Shown: positions 9,867 to 18,394, counted from the first letter of the stretch. The stretch is 64,000 nucleotides of DNA from Lachnospiraceae bacterium (GCA_045126475.1 JBGVOL010000067.1:18105-82104), one strand, 5' to 3'. Numbers and translations: made by a program. The notes: a model not told the origin generated them from the letters alone.

Positions 9867-10685
9867 ATGGATATGACAGCGGCAATGAATGAAACAACCC
9901 AGGCAATTACCGGAATTGCAACGGCATCAGGCAATGCCCAGAATTTATCAGGAAAGGTATACAGACAGGCGAGGGAGAATGCTGATAATGCGTCTCGTAT
10001 TAGGAATCATGCAGATGAGGTGAAGGAAAGAAATCAAAAAATGAAAAGCCGGACCATGGAGCTTACCGGGCGTATTGCTGCAGATGTAAGCAATCAGATT
10101 GAGGAAGTAAGAAAAGTTGAACGTATTGTGAAGTTGACAGATGCAATTTTGGAGATTTCGGAGCAGACACAGTTACTTGCGTTGAATGCCAGTATTGAAG
10201 CTGCAAGAGCCGGCGAAGGCGGAAGAGGCTTTGCGGTTGTGGCAGATGAAATTGGTAAACTGGCGGAAGAGACAACTAGGACAGCACAGGCAATTGTAGA
10301 GATAAATCAGTTTACTCTTGATGCTGTGAATGGTCTTTCTGATGCGTCAAAGGATATGATTGCATTTATTCAGAATGATATACAGGGTGATTATGAGAAG
10401 ATGGTTACCGTTGGTGAGGATTATAGTGCAGATGCCCTTGGTTTTATGGAGCAGATGGAACAATTTAGCCAATTGTCGCAAAATCTTAATAATGAACTGT
10501 CTGAGATTGAAAATGATATAAGCCAGATTATGGCGGTTGTGAAAGAGGAGACTGCAAGTATTACTGATGTGACTAATAATGCAGAGAATATAAGTAATAA
10601 AATGAATGTAGTAAATGAAAGCAGTAAGACCAATGGCGAGATTGTAAATGAGTTAGAGGAGGTACTTTCCAAATTTACACTTTAG
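9867..10685 (+). CDS. methyl-accepting chemotaxis protein consisting of the signalling domain only (no sensor or TM region)
   Basis: [34 protein letters not shown] hairpin tip flanked by heptad-rich arms. 272 aa with no hydrophobic helices. Weak RBS, and it starts 19 nt after the upstream terminator, so it may be a truncated remnant. Confidence 0.6.
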   Translation: MDMTAAMNETTQAITGIATASGNAQNLSGKVYRQARENADNASRIRNHADEVKERNQKMKSRTMELTGRIAADVSNQIEEVRKVERIVKLTDAILEISEQTQLLALNASIEAARAGEGGRGFAVVADEIGKLAEETTRTAQAIVEINQFTLDAVNGLSDASKDMIAFIQNDIQGDYEKMVTVGEDYSADALGFMEQMEQFSQLSQNLNNELSEIENDISQIMAVVKEETASITDVTNNAENISNKMNVVNESSKTNGEIVNELEEVLSKFTL

Positions 10686-10698
10686 ATAATAGTAAATA

Positions 10699-10816
10699 AA
10701 AACTGTAAATTCGTGTTAAAATTAGAAGATAAAAAGTGTAAAATCGTGCAAAAATATGTTTATAAAAACTGTAAATCCGGTATTGATATTTTTATGCTAA
10801 GACTGTAAAATGTAAT
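10699..10816. repeat. four direct copies of an AAAACTGTAAA(T/A)-type box at 33-34-bp spacing
   Basis: AAAACTGTAAATTCGTG (10699), AAAAGTGTAAAATCGTG (10732), AAAACTGTAAATCCGGT (10765), AAGACTGTAAAATGTAAT (10799). Lies in the intergenic region upstream of the 10862 gene. Confidence 0.6.
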
Positions 10817-10861
10817 AAACATAGCTGCTGTTTAATGTATTTTGCGTAATGGGAGGTAAAG

Positions 10862-12208
10862 ATGTTCAAGAGAAAGATATACAGTGATATTTTAAAGTGG
10901 AAGGAAGAGTCAGAAGGAACATCGGCACTGCTTATCGAAGGAGCAAGGCGTATTGGAAAGAGCACAGTCGTTGAGGAATTTGCCAGAAATGAATATAAAG
11001 ACTATGTAATTATTGATTTTTCCATAGCAGAACAGGCACTGAAAGATAACTTTGATAATATTGGAAATATAGACACATTTTTTCGAAATTTTTTTCTTAT
11101 AGTGGGGAAGACACTGCCTCAAAGAGAGTCGGTTATTGTTTTTGATGAGGTTCAATTTTTTCCAAAGGCGAGACAGGCGATTAAACATTTGGTAAAAGAT
11201 GGAAGGTTTGATTATATTGAAACGGGTTCTTTAATTTCAATTAATAAAAATGTGAAAGATATTCTGATTCCGTCTGAAGAGGAAAGTATGCAAATGTACC
11301 CTATGGATTTTGAGGAATTTCTCTGGGCTATAGGAAATAATGTTTATGCTGATGTCATCAGGGATGCATTCATTAATAGGAAACCGTTGGGAGCAGATAA
11401 TCATAGAAGGATAATGCAGACATTTAGAAACTATATGGCTGTAGGTGGAATGCCACAGGCGGTGAGTGCATATGTGGACGGAAAGGATTTTGCATATATA
11501 GACAGAGTGAAAAGGAATATATTAAAGTTATATATAAAAGATTTACAAAAACATGATGAGGACGATAGCGATAGGGCTGGTGCGGTGTTTAAGTCACTCC
11601 CGGAACAACTGTCAAATCATAATCATATATTCAAAATGTCAACTGTTGATGCAAATGCAAGAACCAGAAACTGCAAAAGTGCAATTGATTTCCTGGACCA
11701 ATCCATGATAGTGAACAACTGCATAAATGTAACACAGCCGGAAGTAGCTTTGGAACTATACGCAGACAGGTCCAGATTCAAAATGTTTATGGGTGATACG
11801 GGCCTTTTAGTAACATATATTTTGCAAAATAGTAAAGAGGCTCCTGAGAAGCTGTATCGCTCACTTGTTTTGGATGATATTGATATAAATCAGGGAATGA
11901 TATTTGAAAATATGGTGGCTCAGATGTTGAAAGCGTCGGGTTATGATTTGTATTTCCACGAATATGCTTTTAAGGCTGCAGAAAATGAGTCGGAGAAGCG
12001 TTATGAGATTGATTTCTTAATTGTAAAGGGTAAACGGATTGTTCCAATCGAAGTTAAATCCTCCGATTATAAAAGTCACAAGTCGTTTGACTACTTTAAG
12101 GAGAAATATCAGCTGAAAATGAATGAGAGATATATGATATATACAAAAGATCTGGAATGGAAGGACAATATTTTATTCATGCCAATCTATATGACTATGT
12201 GCTTATAA
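10862..12208 (+). CDS. AAA-family ATPase with DUF4143-like C-terminal domain
   Basis: N-terminal ALLIEGARRIGKST Walker A, VIVFDEVQ Walker B, and a C-terminal YEIDFLIVKGKRIVPIEVKSS restriction-endonuclease-like fold motif typical of this family. Confidence 0.75.
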   Translation: MFKRKIYSDILKWKEESEGTSALLIEGARRIGKSTVVEEFARNEYKDYVIIDFSIAEQALKDNFDNIGNIDTFFRNFFLIVGKTLPQRESVIVFDEVQFFPKARQAIKHLVKDGRFDYIETGSLISINKNVKDILIPSEEESMQMYPMDFEEFLWAIGNNVYADVIRDAFINRKPLGADNHRRIMQTFRNYMAVGGMPQAVSAYVDGKDFAYIDRVKRNILKLYIKDLQKHDEDDSDRAGAVFKSLPEQLSNHNHIFKMSTVDANARTRNCKSAIDFLDQSMIVNNCINVTQPEVALELYADRSRFKMFMGDTGLLVTYILQNSKEAPEKLYRSLVLDDIDINQGMIFENMVAQMLKASGYDLYFHEYAFKAAENESEKRYEIDFLIVKGKRIVPIEVKSSDYKSHKSFDYFKEKYQLKMNERYMIYTKDLEWKDNILFMPIYMTMCL

Positions 12209-12261
12209 ATAGTAAATACGAAAACCTTATGTAATAACGATTGAACATGTGAGGAAGAACA

Positions 12262-12786
12262 ATGGATATTAAGATTCTTGATAAAGAAGTTTATAAGGGC
12301 AAAAAATATTCTTTTGAGTATCTGACACCGGGATACTATGATTTAATAGTGAAAGATATGACATTCAGTTTTGTATACAAAGAATACGAAAAAGCCCGGA
12401 AAAAGGGTTTTGAAGATGAGCTGCTGGGTGATTGGTTAGAAGCTCCTGTTTTGTATGGTGCTTATATAAACGGAGAATTGGCCGGTATCATTGAAGGAAG
12501 TATAGAGGGATGGAATAACCGTTTCCGCATAAGTAACATCCTGGTGTTTGATGGCTATAGGCATAATCAGGTCGGAACGAGGCTGATTCAGCATATGATC
12601 AATGAAGCCAGAGAAATGGGTGCCAGAATGGTTGTTTTGGAAACTCAGAGCTGCAATATACCGGCAATTCACTGTTATATGAAAAATGGATTTAAAATCA
12701 TAGGTTTTGATACGCATTCATATTCCAATAATGACATAGAAAAATGTGAAGTACGAATAGAAATGGGGATAGAACTAAAAAAATGA
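12262..12786 (+). CDS. GNAT-family N-acetyltransferase
   Basis: Acetyl-CoA binding motif RHNQVGTRLIQHMINEAREMGARMVVLETQSCNIPAIHCYMKNGFKI. Confidence 0.75.
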   Translation: MDIKILDKEVYKGKKYSFEYLTPGYYDLIVKDMTFSFVYKEYEKARKKGFEDELLGDWLEAPVLYGAYINGELAGIIEGSIEGWNNRFRISNILVFDGYRHNQVGTRLIQHMINEAREMGARMVVLETQSCNIPAIHCYMKNGFKIIGFDTHSYSNNDIEKCEVRIEMGIELKK

Positions 12787-12879
12787 TATTATTTTTGAAG
12801 GTGGAATTTTTGAATTGAAATTAAGAGTAGCAATTAAGTAAGAACGATAAATTATTATGTTAAAGAAGGAACTGTAAGG

Positions 12880-13500
12880 ATGGAATGTAAAGCGTACTTA
12901 GATAATCCGTGCAAGGCATCAAGTCTGCCTTTTTGGAAAACGAACGCAATGGAGATTCCCAAGGGCATAAGGATTTTATTGGATGAAGATTTGCAGAGTG
13001 TTGATACTGATGAATATACAGATGAAAAATATTTTAAGTTGATTCATCGTTTGAACGGTGTAGAGAGACCTCTGCTTGATAGTGATTTTAGAATGGTTTC
13101 TGCAGATGTGCTGGAATATGTAAAACATATAGAAGAATGCTATGACGATATAGGCATTTCATTTGAGGAGCTTACAAGATACAAATTCCATGAAGTCTAC
13201 GATTCAAGTTTGTGGGTTGCGGTAAAGAGTTGTGATGACAACAGAATTGTTGCAAGCGGAATAGCTGAACTTGACACCTTTATTAAAGAAGGTATTTTAG
13301 AATGGATTCAGGTTTCAAAGGATTATCGAGGCAAGGGTCTGGGAAAGTTTATTGTAAAAGAATTACTATGGAGGATGAAAGGTAAAGCAGATTTTGTTAC
13401 TGTTTCCGGAAAAGTTGATAATTCTTCTAATCCTAAGGTTTTGTATGAAAGTTGTGGGTTTGCCGATGGAGAAATATGGCATATATTGACCAGAAGGTAA
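12880..13500 (+). CDS. GNAT-family N-acetyltransferase with N-terminal extension
   Basis: WIQVSKDYRGKGLGKFIVKELL...NPKVLYESCGF motif in the C-terminal half. Confidence 0.7.
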   Translation: MECKAYLDNPCKASSLPFWKTNAMEIPKGIRILLDEDLQSVDTDEYTDEKYFKLIHRLNGVERPLLDSDFRMVSADVLEYVKHIEECYDDIGISFEELTRYKFHEVYDSSLWVAVKSCDDNRIVASGIAELDTFIKEGILEWIQVSKDYRGKGLGKFIVKELLWRMKGKADFVTVSGKVDNSSNPKVLYESCGFADGEIWHILTRR

Positions 13501-13617
13501 ATTCGGCATTTCGGAATATTTTCTGAAAAGTAAATGGAGGTAATATCTATGACGTTGCTTTATTTATAAAATTTGAAAATTTGCAATATATAATGTCGAA
13601 AAAATGGAGGAAATATA

Positions 13618-14028
13618 ATGGAATTTTCAATTAAAGAATACACAGAGTACAACGAAGAGGAAATATTGAATCTGTATCGGAGCGTGGGCTGGTCTAATTA
13701 TTTTAATAACCCGTTAATGCTTAAAAACGCATATGCACACTCTTTGAAAGTATTAGGTGCGTATTCAGAAGACAAACTCCTTGGAATTATAAGAGTTGTT
13801 GGAGACGGATACTCTATTGTACACATTCAGGATATTTTGATTCTGCCGGAGTATCAACGTAGCGGAATAGGCACAGCTTTAATAAAAAGAATTCTTGAAA
13901 TGTATAAGGATGTTTACCAGAAGTCGTTGCTTACTGACAATACAGAGAAGACCGTTCAATTCTATAAATCCCTTGGATTTGAAATGGATACAGATATTGA
14001 ATGTAGAGCGTTTATGAAAATGTATTAA
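13618..14028 (+). CDS. GNAT-family N-acetyltransferase
   Basis: ILILPEYQRSGIGTALIKRILE...QFYKSLGFE. Good RBS (GGAGG). Confidence 0.8.
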   Translation: MEFSIKEYTEYNEEEILNLYRSVGWSNYFNNPLMLKNAYAHSLKVLGAYSEDKLLGIIRVVGDGYSIVHIQDILILPEYQRSGIGTALIKRILEMYKDVYQKSLLTDNTEKTVQFYKSLGFEMDTDIECRAFMKMY

Positions 14029-14055
14029 AAATTCAGGTATTTATAAAAACGTGGA

Positions 14056-14086
14056 CACTCTCAGGTGGAAACCTGGGAGTGCTTTT
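14056..14086 (+). terminator. rho-independent terminator after the GNAT genes
   Basis: CACTCTCAGG / CCTGGGAGTG stem (one G-U pair), 6-nt loop, then CTTTT. Confidence 0.5.
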
Positions 14087-14445
14087 GATATAACGGAGAA
14101 TGGTACAGAGAACCTTTGAAAAAATTGAGATTGAGAATGTATTTTACTTTAAATAAAAGTGAGGGAATAAAATTGGAATATGTTAAATTGACAGAAGAAA
14201 ATATTACTGAAGTAGTTCATAATTACGTCGACTATTATAACAACTGTGAACGACGAGCATCATATGCATTTTTACAAGAAATTGGGATTCTATGCGGCGA
14301 GTAATCTGGCGATGATGGGAAAGCATGGTTTGGAAGTAAGGTAATATGGGAAGTTGAATTGAGTCAAACATGAAAAAGAGCCATGATTTCAAATTGACGC
14401 TTAGAATACTTTTCTTTATCAATCAATGAAAAGCAGAAATCGACA

Positions 14446-14640
14446 ATGAGGGCAACGTTATGTTTTTTGTATATGAAAGCTGGCAGAGAAGATAAAGCAA
14501 ATAAACTTGCCTCAGAACTTCCGCATACCAGAGAGAGTAGAGAAGTTATTCAGCCCCTTATCCAACAGGGATTAAGCAACTCGGAAATAGATGAAAATAT
14601 AAAAAATATTCTTTTAGGAGATGGAAAAGGGATTTGGTAG
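14446..14640 (+). pseudogene. 3'-terminal remnant of a decayed gene (copy A)
   Basis: 64-aa ORF with no credible N-terminal domain. Stop-riddled sequence and short ORF fragments lie upstream (14116-14445). Its tail REVIQPLIQQGLSNSEIDENIKNILLGDGKGIW recurs at 18289-18394. Confidence 0.4.
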
Positions 14641-14880
14641 AATTCTGAATACATTTCAAAAAGGAATAAAAGTTATCATGAACCGGTGAGATTACAAAGA
14701 GTAGTTTCGCTGGTTTTTTGCTTAGTAAAAAGGTTAAAGGTTCTTTTGACCCCCGGGACCAAAGGTGTACAAACATGGGTCATAGGGATACCCTAAAACA
14801 AACGACATAGGAGTTTGGGAGTGTCAGCCGAGTTGACAATGCAACTCAAGGCGTATCCTGTTCTTCTTTATTTTGTAGTA

Positions 14881-15015
14881 TGGTCAATGGTCATGACACT
14901 TGACCAAATCTCTTGAAAACTGCATAAAATCAAGGAATTTTAGATGTCAATCGTGTTGACATCTATTTTTTTATGGTCAAAAGCATTGACACATTTTGTC
15001 AACGTGATTGACCAT
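14881..15015. promoter_or_regulatory. array of operator-like palindromes built on GTCAA/TTGAC
   Basis: TGGTCAA-N12-TTGACCA (14881-14906). GATGTCAA-tcgtg-TTGACATC (14943-14963). ATGGTCAA-aagca-TTGACA-catt-TGTCAA-cgtga-TTGACCAT (14973-15015). Ten TTGAC/GTCAA pentamers occur within ~270 bp. Confidence 0.5.
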
Positions 15016-15170
15016 ATTTTTTCCCCAATTTTTGAAAAAAATATGAAGATTTTTTGAAATCAGCTTTTTCGAACCCTAAGTACTTAATGAGAAACGAAAA
15101 TAGGTCTAACTCAAGAATCAATCTCATAGTATTGAAAAAGAAAGAAAGGCAGAGGAGGTGGAGATTCCGC

Positions 15171-15395
15171 TTGAATAAGAGAAAATTGAATTATCGATTT
15201 CATAATCCGAATTCGGCGGAGGATACCGCTGGCTTCTTGTGTAAGCTTTTGATTGAAGCAAATGCAGGCAAGGTGGAACGTGCGATTGAAGAGGCTGCAT
15301 CAAGGTGTGCAGAGGAGAGTGAGTACATAGCAGAACCGGGGGATATAGAAACGGTGGAGGAACAGGTGAACATAAGACGTAGAAGAGCAAGGTAG
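15171..15395 (+). CDS. small hypothetical protein (~74 aa), start uncertain
   Basis: GGAGGTGGAG lies 7 nt before an in-frame TTG at 15171. Product is (M)NKRKLNYRFHNPNSAEDTAGFLCKLLIEANAGKVERAIEEAA..., followed by a GCAAGG/CCTTGC hairpin. The listed 15054 start lacks an RBS. Confidence 0.35.
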   Translation: MNKRKLNYRFHNPNSAEDTAGFLCKLLIEANAGKVERAIEEAASRCAEESEYIAEPGDIETVEEQVNIRRRRAR

Positions 15396-15650
15396 GGATG
15401 CCTTGCTTTTGTATTGTATAAAAAGTGAAATTGAAACTAAAAAACAATTTTACTTTCTACTGAAATTTAAGCATTTTAAACGAAAACTTAAATAGAAACT
15501 CAAATAATTGCATAAAATTTAAGACTCTATTTGAGTTCCTGAACGATTTTAGAGATTTTATTGAAGTGGTTATGAGTGTAGAAAATACGGTGTCAAAATT
15601 TATTAAAGATAATTTCAAACAAAAATATGAGACAAAATCTCAAATATATG

Positions 15651-15678
15651 TTGCAAAACGAGAAAAACGGGATATAAT
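15651..15678 (+). promoter_or_regulatory. sigma-A-type promoter of the ATPase/RloB cassette
   Basis: TTGCAA (15651-15656), 16-nt spacer, TATAAT (15673-15678), 25 nt upstream of the ATG at 15704 (RBS GGAGGG). Confidence 0.5.
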
Positions 15679-15703
15679 ATAGATAGAATGGAGGGTAAAA
15701 GAT

Positions 15704-16927
15704 ATGTTATGTCAGTTTACTGTGAAGAATTACAAGAGTATAAGAGATGAAGTGACCTTTGATATGCAAGCAGCAGCAATCTCAGAGCATGAAGATAGAA
15801 TAATCAAAGACCAGGATGGTGAGATGTATTTACCGGTGTCTGCCATTTACGGTCCTAATGGTGGAGGAAAATCCAATGTTCTGGCAGCGTTACACACATT
15901 GGTTGCAAAAATTCTGCGCCCGTTGTATGCGACAGAAGACAACGAAGATAAGGTTCTTTTACAAAAAAGAATTATTGTTGAGCCATTTGCTTTTTCAAAT
16001 AGCAAAAATGAACCAACAGAGTTTGAACTGTTTTTCCGTACAAAGTCTGCAGAGTACAGGTATATCTTGCATGTGAAACGTGATGTGGTTATATATGAGA
16101 GCTTGGACAGAGTGAAGCTTGAGACCGGAAGACGTTCTGCATTATTCACAAGAGACGATAAAGGGATTGTTTTAAAGGGTGCATTTGCAAAACTGAAAGT
16201 CAGTGATGATTTATCAAAGACACTTACCTTGCTTTCCTACTTGGGTATCGCTTATAAGGAAAATGCAGTTGTTAATGATGTATTGAATTGGTTCCAGTTC
16301 GGTGTGAATTTCTTGAATTATGGTAATCCTATTCAGGAGCTTAGAATGGCAATATCCACATCAGAAGATGTGAAGCATCTGATGCTTGAAATGATTCAGG
16401 AAATGAATTTGGACATCGTTGATTTTAGAGTGGAAGAAAAAGAGAATGATAGGATAGAAGTGTTCACAAAACACCTTGTGGATGACGTGGAAACAGAGCT
16501 TAGTTTATCCGATGAATCCAGCGGAACAAAGAAGTTGTTTGGTCTGCTTCCTTTTATTGCGGCAAGTTTGCTTGATGGAACTGTGCTTGTAATTGATGAA
16601 TTGGATGCGAAAATTCATCCGGTGTTGTTGCGTCATATTATCATGATGTTTAATGATATGAACATCAACAGACACAAAGCACAGCTTATTTTCACATCTC
16701 ATGATTTATCGACCATGAACAGCGAAGTGTTCCGCAGAGATGAGATTTGGTTTGTGGCAAAGGGAAATGCACAAAATTCCAAACTATACTCGTTGGTAGA
16801 GTTCAAGAATGAAAAGGGTGAGTCTGTCAGAAAGGATGCAAAGTTTGATAAGCAGTATCTTGAAGGTAAGTACGGCGCTGATCCATACCTCAGAAGAATT
16901 ATAGATTGGGGGAAAGTCAATGCCTAA
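15704..16927 (+). CDS. AAA_15/AAA_21-type ABC-like ATPase (AbiLi/RloA-like defence ATPase)
   Basis: FTVKNYKSIRDEV N-terminus, Walker A GPNGGGKSNVL, Walker B/D-loop VLVIDELDAKIHPVLL, FTSHD, C-terminal YLEGKYGADP. Confidence 0.8.
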   Translation: MLCQFTVKNYKSIRDEVTFDMQAAAISEHEDRIIKDQDGEMYLPVSAIYGPNGGGKSNVLAALHTLVAKILRPLYATEDNEDKVLLQKRIIVEPFAFSNSKNEPTEFELFFRTKSAEYRYILHVKRDVVIYESLDRVKLETGRRSALFTRDDKGIVLKGAFAKLKVSDDLSKTLTLLSYLGIAYKENAVVNDVLNWFQFGVNFLNYGNPIQELRMAISTSEDVKHLMLEMIQEMNLDIVDFRVEEKENDRIEVFTKHLVDDVETELSLSDESSGTKKLFGLLPFIAASLLDGTVLVIDELDAKIHPVLLRHIIMMFNDMNINRHKAQLIFTSHDLSTMNSEVFRRDEIWFVAKGNAQNSKLYSLVEFKNEKGESVRKDAKFDKQYLEGKYGADPYLRRIIDWGKVNA

Positions 16928-17615
16928 AAAAGCCGGAATGGAGAAATGGAAAAAGAAACGTCGTCAAGAATACTTGGAGATGAAACAATATAGATATTAC
17001 ATCTTCTGCGAGGGACAACAGACAGAACCATTATATTTTGCAGCCTTTAAGAAACTGATTGAGGAAAATCCAATCTATAAGGATATGGTTTTGATAGAGA
17101 TTGAACCTTGCCAGGCAGAAACCATGCGAGTAATCGGCATGGCAGAGGATTATGTAAAGAAAAATAAAATCAATAAGGGGCAAATCTGGTGCGTTTATGA
17201 CAAGGATAGTTTTCCGGCAGAGCACTTTAATGGTGTTGTGGAACGCGCAGAGAGTTTAAACAAAGAAAATCCGGAATTACAGTATCATACCGCATGGAGT
17301 AATGAGTGTATTGAGTTCTGGTTCCTGCTTCACTTTGCATATTACACGGCTAATAACCATAGAACGGAGTATATATCGTTCTTGAATGAAAAGTTCAAGG
17401 AATTGGGGATTGGTAAGTATCAGAAGAACATGAATAATATCTTTGAGATTCTGATGGAGTATGGTAATCCGAAGCTGGCGATTCGATATGCGAAGCGAAT
17501 TATAAAGGATGGAACAGGTAAAACACCGACAGAGATTGCGCCGGGAACTAAGGTGTATGAGTTGGTAGAGGAACTGGCAAAGTATTTGCCGGGGGAAATA
17601 AATATGTGCATCTAA
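16920..17615 (+). CDS. RloB-like (Toprim-related) protein, AbiLii-like partner
   Basis: YYIFCEGQQTEPLYF, VWCVYDKD and AWSNECIEFWFLLHF motifs. The start overlaps the ATPase stop by 8 nt (ATGCCTAA), suggesting translational coupling. Confidence 0.8.
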   Translation: MPKKAGMEKWKKKRRQEYLEMKQYRYYIFCEGQQTEPLYFAAFKKLIEENPIYKDMVLIEIEPCQAETMRVIGMAEDYVKKNKINKGQIWCVYDKDSFPAEHFNGVVERAESLNKENPELQYHTAWSNECIEFWFLLHFAYYTANNHRTEYISFLNEKFKELGIGKYQKNMNNIFEILMEYGNPKLAIRYAKRIIKDGTGKTPTEIAPGTKVYELVEELAKYLPGEINMCI

Positions 17616-17631
17616 CGGAGAGTTATAAAAA

Positions 17632-18255
17632 ATGATAGAGCAAAAAATGAAGAATAGAAAAACACGAACTCAGAAAGAAAGAATGGAAATAAAAAGGTTA
17701 AAGGAAGAAAATTACAGATTGAGAGAAATAAATGCTGATTTAGTGGGAAAACTTGGAGAAAATAAGAAAAATGATAAGTCGATGAGTTCTTGTCCGAGTA
17801 GAAAGCAAGTGTTATATACATATATATATGATAGTGTGGTTTCTTCTTTGATACTAGTATTTTTATATTGGCTAGCAATTAACGGGTATGATAATTTTAA
17901 TTTACCTTATAACTGCTCTTTGATTTTGATAGTTATGGTTTCATTAAAGTGTATATTAGGCAATAAAAAGCTAAATTTTAAAGTAGTAATAAGAGTTATT
18001 GTAAATGATTTATTAAAGCCGTTTGGGGCAATGCTTTTAGGTCTATTTTTATGTATATATTGTTTGGGGAAAGAATGGAGAAGTGCATTCGGTTATGCTT
18101 TGGATGTTGCAAATATGGGAGTTTTAATTATTTTTGTTATTGCTGTAGTAATAGCTATTTTTTTAACAACTTATGCAATATTATTCCTAAAAAAACAATA
18201 TAGAAAACTTTATGTGATAATAAAACGCATGATGAAGCAGAGATGCTGCAAATGA
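17632..18255 (+). CDS. hypothetical membrane protein: basic coiled-coil N-terminus plus ~4 TM helices
   Basis: GGAGAG RBS 16 nt after the RloB stop. N-terminus KNRKTRTQKERMEIKRLKEENYRLREINADL, then four hydrophobic segments. Very AT-rich codons. Confidence 0.55.
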   Translation: MIEQKMKNRKTRTQKERMEIKRLKEENYRLREINADLVGKLGENKKNDKSMSSCPSRKQVLYTYIYDSVVSSLILVFLYWLAINGYDNFNLPYNCSLILIVMVSLKCILGNKKLNFKVVIRVIVNDLLKPFGAMLLGLFLCIYCLGKEWRSAFGYALDVANMGVLIIFVIAVVIAIFLTTYAILFLKKQYRKLYVIIKRMMKQRCCK

Positions 18256-18288
18256 AACAAGATTTAATATCAAAATAGACAAGATATA

Positions 18289-18394
18289 ATTTCGGGAAGT
18301 AATCCAGCTACTTATTCAGCAAGAACTTGACAATTCGAAAAATGATGAAAATATCAAAAGTATACTTCTTGGTAATTGGAAAGGAATTTGGTAG
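18289..18394 (+). pseudogene. 3'-terminal remnant of a decayed gene (copy B, paralogue of 14446..14640)
   Basis: An in-frame stop lies two codons upstream. It reads REVIQLLIQQELDNSKNDENIKSILLGNWKGIW*, roughly two-thirds identical by eye at nucleotide level to 14536-14640. Confidence 0.4.

Noticed and set aside
13549-13569. Six-codon mini-ORF (MTLLYL*) with a strong RBS (GGAGG, 8 nt) upstream of the third GNAT: a possible leader-peptide attenuator as in cat/erm genes
   Set aside because: I could find no alternative hairpins sequestering the downstream RBS, and there is no CCTCC complement nearby. The duplicated AAATGGAGG(T/A)AATAT string looks like a local duplication of the RBS region. It remains a weak possibility only.
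14116-14445. Short ORFs 14116..14304 (+) and 14204..14422 (-) between the GNAT cluster and the gene remnant
   Set aside because: They overlap each other on opposite strands, lack convincing starts, and give translations without motifs. They are best read as debris of decayed genes, not as functional CDSs.
14640-14880. Possible structured RNA, group II intron or tRNA-like element in the non-coding stretch after the remnant (for example the GGGTCATAGGGATACCC hairpin)
   Set aside because: I could not fold a cloverleaf. I saw no intron domain V/VI-like sequence and no riboswitch core I recognise. There is too little evidence.
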